This document shows, one piece after another, positions 58,463 through 64,000 of a stretch of 64,000 nucleotides of DNA. The notes under the pieces are model-generated. The model worked only from the letters and a program-made list of their open reading frames with translations, was not told where the DNA came from and ran no database searches. Source of the stretch: an uncultured Actinomycetota bacterium (GTDB lineage: Bacteria; Actinomycetota; Actinomycetes; Mycobacteriales; Mycobacteriaceae); assembly GCA_963765445.1 (NCBI GenBank), contig CAVXWQ010000030.1:81-64080 (forward strand), in the 5' to 3' direction. Made by a program: the position numbers and the translations under genes. The number at the start of each line of letters is the position of its first letter. Positions within the stretch are counted from its first letter, which is position 1.

Positions 58463-59488
58463 TCATTCCGAGGCCGCTTTCGCCTGCTTCTTCGCGGCGC
58501 GCAGCCCGACCCAGAACCGGGCGGCCTCCCGGATGGACTCCTCGACCGGCCGCGGCTGCCAGCCCAACTCCCGCACGGCCTTGCCGTGATCGAGCGGACC
58601 CTCGGCGCGCATCAACCGCAGCGAGTCCAGCGACAGCCGTTCGTCGGTTCGGCGCAGCCTCGCCTTGAGCGTGCCCATGGTGGCCAGCGCGTAGGACATC
58701 GGCAGCGGGATCGCCTTGGCGGGCGGGGCCACGCCGGCGGCCTCTGCGGCGATCCTGGCGACCTCGGCGTTGCTGATCATCTTCTCCGAGATCAGGTAGC
58801 GCTCCCCGACTCGGCCGCGTTCGGCGGCCAGGATCATGGCGCGGGCGGCGTCGTCGACCCCGACGGCTTCCAGTTCGATGCCGGACATCACGAACGGCAG
58901 CTTGCCGAAGGCGGCCCCGGCGATGATCGCGCCGTGCGGGGTGCGTCCCCAGTCGCCGCTGCCGTAGGTCGTCGACACGCACATCGCGATGGCGGGCAGG
59001 CCCTTCTCGCGCGCGTACCGCAGCACCAGTTCCTCGGCCTGTACCCGCGAGCGCACGTAGGGCGTGAGGCCCCGGTCGGAGATGATGTCGGCCTCGCTGG
59101 TCGTCCTGCCGCGACGACGGCGGACGGTGACGTAGCTGCTGGTGAAGATGAACCGGCGCAGCCCAGCCTCCCTGGCGACGTCGAGGACGTTGCGGGTGCC
59201 CTCGACGTTGGTGTGGAACAGCGGCGCGGGGTCGCGCAGCCAGCCGCGAGCGTCCACGACGCAGTAGTAGACGTCGTCGCAGCCGGCCATCGCCGCGCGC
59301 AGCGTGTCGTCGTCCCAGATGTCGCCGACGTACCGCTGCACCTCGAGATCGTCGATGGAGATGGTGTTGGCGTTCTCGCGCACCATCACCCGCACCTGGT
59401 GACCGTCGGCGACCAGTTGCCGGGTGACGTGTGAGCCCAGGAAGCCGTTGGCGCCGATGACCAGCTTGGGGACGGGCTGGTCGCTCAC
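58463..59488 (-). CDS. NAD-dependent epimerase/dehydratase family (Rv0139-like)
   Basis: GANGFLG, TNVEGT, FTSS, YVRSR; GTG overlaps the upstream stop. Confidence 0.88.
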   Translation of the reverse strand: MSDQPVPKLVIGANGFLGSHVTRQLVADGHQVRVMVRENANTISIDDLEVQRYVGDIWDDDTLRAAMAGCDDVYYCVVDARGWLRDPAPLFHTNVEGTRNVLDVAREAGLRRFIFTSSYVTVRRRRGRTTSEADIISDRGLTPYVRSRVQAEELVLRYAREKGLPAIAMCVSTTYGSGDWGRTPHGAIIAGAAFGKLPFVMSGIELEAVGVDDAARAMILAAERGRVGERYLISEKMISNAEVARIAAEAAGVAPPAKAIPLPMSYALATMGTLKARLRRTDERLSLDSLRLMRAEGPLDHGKAVRELGWQPRPVEESIREAARFWVGLRAAKKQAKAASE

Positions 59489-59985
59489 TTGTGTCCTTCG
59501 AACTGCTGCAGCCACGCGGCGGCCTCGTCGTCGAGGGTGCCGAGTTCCCTGGCTTTCTTGCACCACTTGATCCCGGCCTGCACGAACCGAAGCGGGTTGT
59601 AGATGTCTTCCTGCCGCGACCACAGCCCGTCACCGGCGTAGGTGACGATCGAGATGTTGGTGGCGCTGATGATGGTGCCGTCACCGGGGTCGCGCATCGG
59701 GTTGTCCAGTTCGCAGATGACCCGACCGGTGTCCTCGTCGATCACCGACCACAGCGACGGGAACTCCGTCATGTAGCTGCCCGGAAAGGTGCCCATGGTC
59801 TTGGTGATCCAGGCCCGCACCTCGTCGCGGCCCTTCATGGTGCCCATGGCGTGCTCGATGTAGTCGACGTCAGGCGTGTAGTGGCCCACCCAGGCATCCC
59901 AGTCCCGGGTGCGCGCCGCCTCGGCGACGGTTGCCTCGAAGGTGGCGAAGGCCTGGGTCAGTTCCTCACGGGAGAATCGCGGCAC
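59485..59985 (-). CDS. NTF2/SnoaL-like protein (Rv0138-like)
   Basis: WDAW...YTPDVDYIEH, YAGDGLWSRQEDIYNP. Confidence 0.85.
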   Translation of the reverse strand: MPRFSREELTQAFATFEATVAEAARTRDWDAWVGHYTPDVDYIEHAMGTMKGRDEVRAWITKTMGTFPGSYMTEFPSLWSVIDEDTGRVICELDNPMRDPGDGTIISATNISIVTYAGDGLWSRQEDIYNPLRFVQAGIKWCKKARELGTLDDEAAAWLQQFEGHK

Positions 59986-59995
59986 AGCTTCAAAC

Positions 59996-60009
59996 TAGAA
60001 CACGTTCTA
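59996..60009. promoter_or_regulatory. KstR operator
   Basis: TAGAACACGTTCTA matches the KstR consensus TnnAACnnGTTnnA, about 10 bp upstream of the NTF2 gene. Confidence 0.8.
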
Positions 60010-60104
60010 TCGGCCTTTGTCGAGGGGTTGTCTGCTGGCAGACGGCATTTCTGACAGTTGTGTGACACGGGATTTTCGAACGGCACTCAACCGTTGAACA
60101 GGAC

Positions 60105-60573
60105 ATGCCGCAGAACTATCACCGCAATCCCGACGCCCTCAACGCCCTGACCCCCGAGCAGTACCGGGTGACCCAGCAGAACGGCACCGAGCGCGCCTTC
60201 ACCGGCGAGTACTGGGACAACCACGAGCCGGGCATCTACGTCGACGTGGTCTCCGGCGAGCCGCTGTTCGCCTCGGTGGACAAGTTCGACAGCGGCTCCG
60301 GCTGGCCGAGCTTCACCAAGCCGATCGAGCGGCCAACGTCGTCACCAAGCGGGACTTCAGCCATCTGATGATCCGCACCGAGGTCGCGCTCGGCCCACGG
60401 CGACAGCCACCTCGGCCACGTCTTCAACGACGGCCCGCGCGCCGAAGGCGGGCTGCGCTACTGCATCAACTCCGCCTCGCTGAGATTCATCCACCTCGAC
60501 GACCTCGAGGCGCAGGGCTACGGCGAGTACCGGCGGCTGTTCGGTACCGCCACTGAGGAAGGAGCACGCGTGA
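60105..60573 (+). CDS. msrB: Methionine-R-sulfoxide reductase (frameshifted; stop uncertain)
   Basis: [27 protein letters not shown]-x-DGP, LRYCINS. Confidence 0.88.
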
Positions 60574-61114
60574 GCATCAGCGAGAAGCCGGAGGCGGATC
60601 GCGCATCGAGCACCGCAAGAAGGCGATCCTGGCGGGCGGCTGCTTCTGGGGAATGCAGGACCTCATCCGCAGGCAGCCCGGCGTGGTGTCCACCCGCGTC
60701 GGCTACACCGGCGGCGAGAACTCGCACCCGACCTACCGCAATCATCCGGGCCACGCCGAGGCGATCGAGATCGTCTACGACCCCGCCCAGACCGACTTCC
60801 GGGCGCTGCTGGAGTTCTTCTTCCAGATCCACGACCCGAGCACCAAGAACCGCCAGGGCAACGACGTCGGCAGCAGCTACCGCTCGGCGATCTTCTACCT
60901 CGACGACGAGCAGAAGCGGGTCGCGGTGGACACCATCGCCGACGTCGACGCCTCCGGGCTGTGGCCGGGCAAGGTGGTCACCGAGGTGACACCGGCCGCC
61001 GAGTTCTGGGAGGCCGAGCCCGAGCACCAGGACTACCTGGAGCACTACCCCAACGGCTACACCTGCCACTTCCCGCGGCCGGGCTGGAAGCTGCCCAAAC
61101 GCGCCGAGGTGTAG
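60570..61114 (+). CDS. msrA: Methionine-S-sulfoxide reductase (5' frameshift)
   Basis: [40 protein letters not shown]. Confidence 0.92.
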
Positions 61115-61129
61115 AGGTTTCCGCCGGCC

Positions 61130-62451
61130 TCAGCGGCGGCGGTACATCACCACTCGGCCGCCCTTCTTCGGGGTGTACGCCACCCCGCGGAAGTGGCACT
61201 TCTCCCCCGGTGCGTCCGTCGCCTGAATGGTGAAGTGCCGCAGGACGGTTCGCAGCACGATGTCCATCTCCATGTTGGCGAACGCCGCACCGACGCAGCG
61301 CCTGGTACCGCCCCCGAACGGAACCCAGGCGAACGTGTTGGGCTTGGCGTCGACGAAGCGCTGGGGGTCGAACCGTTCCGGATCGGGGAAGATGTCCGGG
61401 TTCTCGTGCAGCTGCGACAGGCTGACCATGATCGAATAGCCTTGCGGGACAACCCATTCACCCAGCTGGTAGCTCGGGGCCTCGACGTGGCGGCCGATGA
61501 AGTCGATGACGGTGCGGTTGCGCTGGATCTCGAAGATCGTGGCCTGCCGGTAGGTGTTGTCGTCGGTTTCGGCTTCGGCCACCAGCCGGGCGAGCACCTC
61601 GGGATGGCGGGAGATCCGCTCGAAGGCCCACCCCAGCGTGGACGCCGTGGTCTCGTGGCCGGCCGCCAGCAGGGTCAGCAGTTCGTCGCCGATCTCGCGC
61701 CGGGTCATGGCCGAGCCGTCCTCATAGGTGCTGCGCAGGAACAGCGTCAGCACATCGGTGCGGTCCTCGAAGTGCGGGTCCGAACGCGCCCGGGTGATCA
61801 GCCTGTCGACCAGTCCCTCGTACTGCGCGCGGTACTCGGTGAGCTTGGCCCACGGCCCCCAGGGCAACTCGCGGTTCGGGGACGGCAGGACCGCCAGCCG
61901 AGAGCCCAGGGTCACCCATTTCGGGATCAGCTCGCGAAGGTCGCGCAACTCCGCCCCGTCGGCGCCGAAGATGGTCCGCAGGATGATGTTGAGCGTGATG
62001 TGCATCATCGGCTCGAGGGTGGCGAACTCCCGGCCCTCGGGCCACGTGGCGATCTGGCGAAGGGTCTCCTCCTCGACGATCTGCTCGTAGGCCTTGATGC
62101 TCTTGCCGTGGAATGGCGGGGTGAGCAGCTTGCGGCGGGCCCGATGCTCGGTGCCGTCGAGGGCGAAGACCGAGCCCTGCCCGAGCAGTCGGCTCAGATT
62201 CGGCCGGATGTTGTAGAGCACGTCGGGGCTGGTGGTGAAGATCTGCTTGGTCAGCGCGGGATCGGAGACCACGACGGTGTCGCCGAAGACCGGTATCGGC
62301 AGGGCGAAGACCGGCCGTAGCGCCGGGTGAGCCGAGCGGTGGCCTGCCGCCGCGCCACCAGGAACGCCATCCGCACCAGCGGGTTCGACACGGTGGGCGG
62401 CAGCTTCGGGCCGGCGGCGGGCGGGACGTCGACGGCTGGCGCTTCGGTCAT
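61130..62451 (-). CDS. cyp138: Cytochrome P450, CYP138-like (5' frameshift near 62310)
   Basis: AAGHETT, EIQR, FDPQRF, PFGGGTRRCVG heme Cys; position between msrA and a divergent TetR. Confidence 0.8.
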
Positions 62452-62479
62452 CAGTGACTGGACCTTCCCTGGCGAGAGC

Positions 62480-62530
62480 GTGGTACCGCGCTGTACCACT
62501 GAATTACGAGGTACGGTACTCTGCAGTACC
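62480..62530. promoter_or_regulatory. Two GGTAC-N6-GTACC palindromes; candidate TetR operators
   Basis: GTGGTAC-CGCGCT-GTACCAC 62480-62499 and GGTAC-TCTGCA-GTACC 62515-62530. Confidence 0.7.
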
Positions 62531-62565
62531 AGCCCTGACAAGGGGCCGCATCGAAAGGGGGCCGG

Positions 62566-63177
62566 GTGACCACGACGGTTGCGGCGCACACCGCCCCGCA
62601 CGACGATCCCTTCCGCCGCCGTCTGCTCGACGGACTGGCCGCCTCCATCGAGGAGCGCGGCTACCGCGACACCACCGTTGCCGACATCGTCAGGCACGCC
62701 CGGACCTCGAAGCGCACCTTCTACGACCAGTTCTCCACCAAGGAGGAGTGCTTCGCCGAACTGCTGACGGCCAACGCCGAGGAGATCGTGGCCCGCGTCC
62801 GGGGAGCGGTCGACCCGGACGCGCCGTGGCGCGATCAGGTTCGTCAGGCCGTCGTCGCCTACGTGGCCACCATCGAGGCGCGGACCGCGATCACGCTGAG
62901 CTGGATTCGCGAGTTGCCCGCCCTCGGCGAAAGCGCCCGGCCGACGCTGCGCCGGGGTTTCGGCCGACTGGTCGCCATGATCGTCGACCTCAGCGGCAAC
63001 AGGAGTTTCCGGGAAGCCGGCATCCCGCCGATCTCGCGCGCTGCGGCGGTGATCCTGGTCGGTGGCCTGCGTGAGCTCACCGCCCAGACGATGGAGGACG
63101 GCGACCCGGTCACCGACATCATCGAACCCGCGGTGGCGGTGGCCACGGCGATACTCGGACCGAAAACTACGGCCTGA
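62566..63177 (+). CDS. TetR-family regulator (Rv0135c-like)
   Basis: Intact; GYRDTTVADIVRHARTSKRTFYDQF. Confidence 0.9.
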   Translation: MTTTVAAHTAPHDDPFRRRLLDGLAASIEERGYRDTTVADIVRHARTSKRTFYDQFSTKEECFAELLTANAEEIVARVRGAVDPDAPWRDQVRQAVVAYVATIEARTAITLSWIRELPALGESARPTLRRGFGRLVAMIVDLSGNRSFREAGIPPISRAAAVILVGGLRELTAQTMEDGDPVTDIIEPAVAVATAILGPKTTA

Positions 63178-63189
63178 GAAGCACTTTCC

Positions 63190-63693
63190 TCAAACCTGGG
63201 CCAGCACGAACGCGAACGGCCGGGGGAAGCCGAGCCCGGACAGCCGACCGGCGCGAATGTCGTCGATCGGCACCGGCACCAGCCCGCCGCCCGACGGTTC
63301 GTAGCAGCGCAGCGTGACACCGTCGAGTTCGGTGAGCAGAACCCAGTGCCGCGGCAGCACCGAACCGACCAGCATCGCCACCGGCCATCCGGCGGCGATC
63401 GCGTCGAGCACGTCGGCCAGCGAGTCGCCCGGGCGGGCCGGCCGCCACCGATACCGCACACCGCGGCGGGCGCTGTGCTTGGTCAGCGCCCGCGCCATCC
63501 CGGCCGGGGTGGTGCCCAGCGCCCTGGGCCATACCCGGTTGACCGCACGATGCACGCGGACCTGTTCGGAGTCGAACCACTGTTGGGAGCGGCCCGACCG
63601 CAGCGGTGCGCCGTAGTCGTCGTCGAGCAGCGCGCCGGCCATCACCGCCACGCTGGGACCGCACGTGACGCCGTCACGCTGCCGGGGCCACAT
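63190..63693 (-). CDS. Hypothetical protein with papain-like/C39-type peptidase motifs
   Basis: RQRDGVTCGP, LGTTP, GWPV, RHWVL, YEPS. Confidence 0.6.
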   Translation of the reverse strand: MWPRQRDGVTCGPSVAVMAGALLDDDYGAPLRSGRSQQWFDSEQVRVHRAVNRVWPRALGTTPAGMARALTKHSARRGVRYRWRPARPGDSLADVLDAIAAGWPVAMLVGSVLPRHWVLLTELDGVTLRCYEPSGGGLVPVPIDDIRAGRLSGLGFPRPFAFVLAQV

Positions 63694-63695
63694 GG

Positions 63696-64000
63696 TCAGC
63701 CCGGCGGCGGGAAGCCGCCGGTGGCCACCGGCCCCCACGTCTGCGGAGTGACTCTGATCAGGCACTTGCCCTGGTCCACCATGGCCTGACGGTATTCGGC
63801 CCAGTCCGAATGCTCGCCGGCGACCGCCCGGAAGTAGTCCACCAGCGGTTCGACGGCCTCAGGCAGGTCGATCACCTCCGCGGTCCCGTCGATCTGCACG
63901 TACGGTCCGTTGAACTCGTCGGACAACACCACGACACTGGCGTGGCCGGTGCGGCGGATGTTGACCGCCTTGGCCCGTCGGGGATAGCTGGCGATCACCA
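63696..64000 (-). CDS. PPOX-class F420-dependent oxidoreductase (truncated by window edge)
   Basis: RAKAVNIRR, YVQIDGTAEV, GEHSDWAEYRQAM, WGPVATGGFP. Confidence 0.8.
   Translation of the reverse strand, partial: VIASYPRRAKAVNIRRTGHASVVVLSDEFNGPYVQIDGTAEVIDLPEAVEPLVDYFRAVAGEHSDWAEYRQAMVDQGKCLIRVTPQTWGPVATGGFPPPG

Overview
High-GC window from a mycobacterium, most likely a rapid-growing Mycolicibacterium. Its backbone is syntenic, in reverse orientation, with the M. tuberculosis Rv0135c-Rv0179c region (orthology recalled from memory, not searched). The backbone includes lprO, a complete mce1 locus (mce1R, fadD5, yrbE1A/B, mce1A-F, four Mce-associated genes), Rv0164/Rv0158/Rv0157A-like genes, pntAa/pntAb/pntB, fadE2, ptpB, a ClC gene, Rv0138/0139-like genes behind a KstR box, msrA and cyp138 with its TetR. 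Extra modules are interspersed: a taurine/sulfonate-type ABC importer, LtrA, a NarL/HisKA_3 two-component system facing two hidden small secreted/membrane-peptide ORFs, a TetR-FUSC unit, a fructose PTS operon, a CstR-type sulfide/persulfide detoxification cluster with three operator boxes, an oxalate-decarboxylase-family bicupin, aqpZ, dps, an L,D-transpeptidase and a cupredoxin lipoprotein. About half the genes are broken by small indels, most plausibly uncorrected long-read errors, so gene boundaries were rebuilt by eye across frames. I saw no rRNA, tRNA, CRISPR array, transposase or integrase. The best candidates for an undescribed system are the two-component/small-peptide cassette (26.8-29.35 kb) and the cst cluster back-to-back with clc-bicupin-aqpZ (46.2-53.7 kb).
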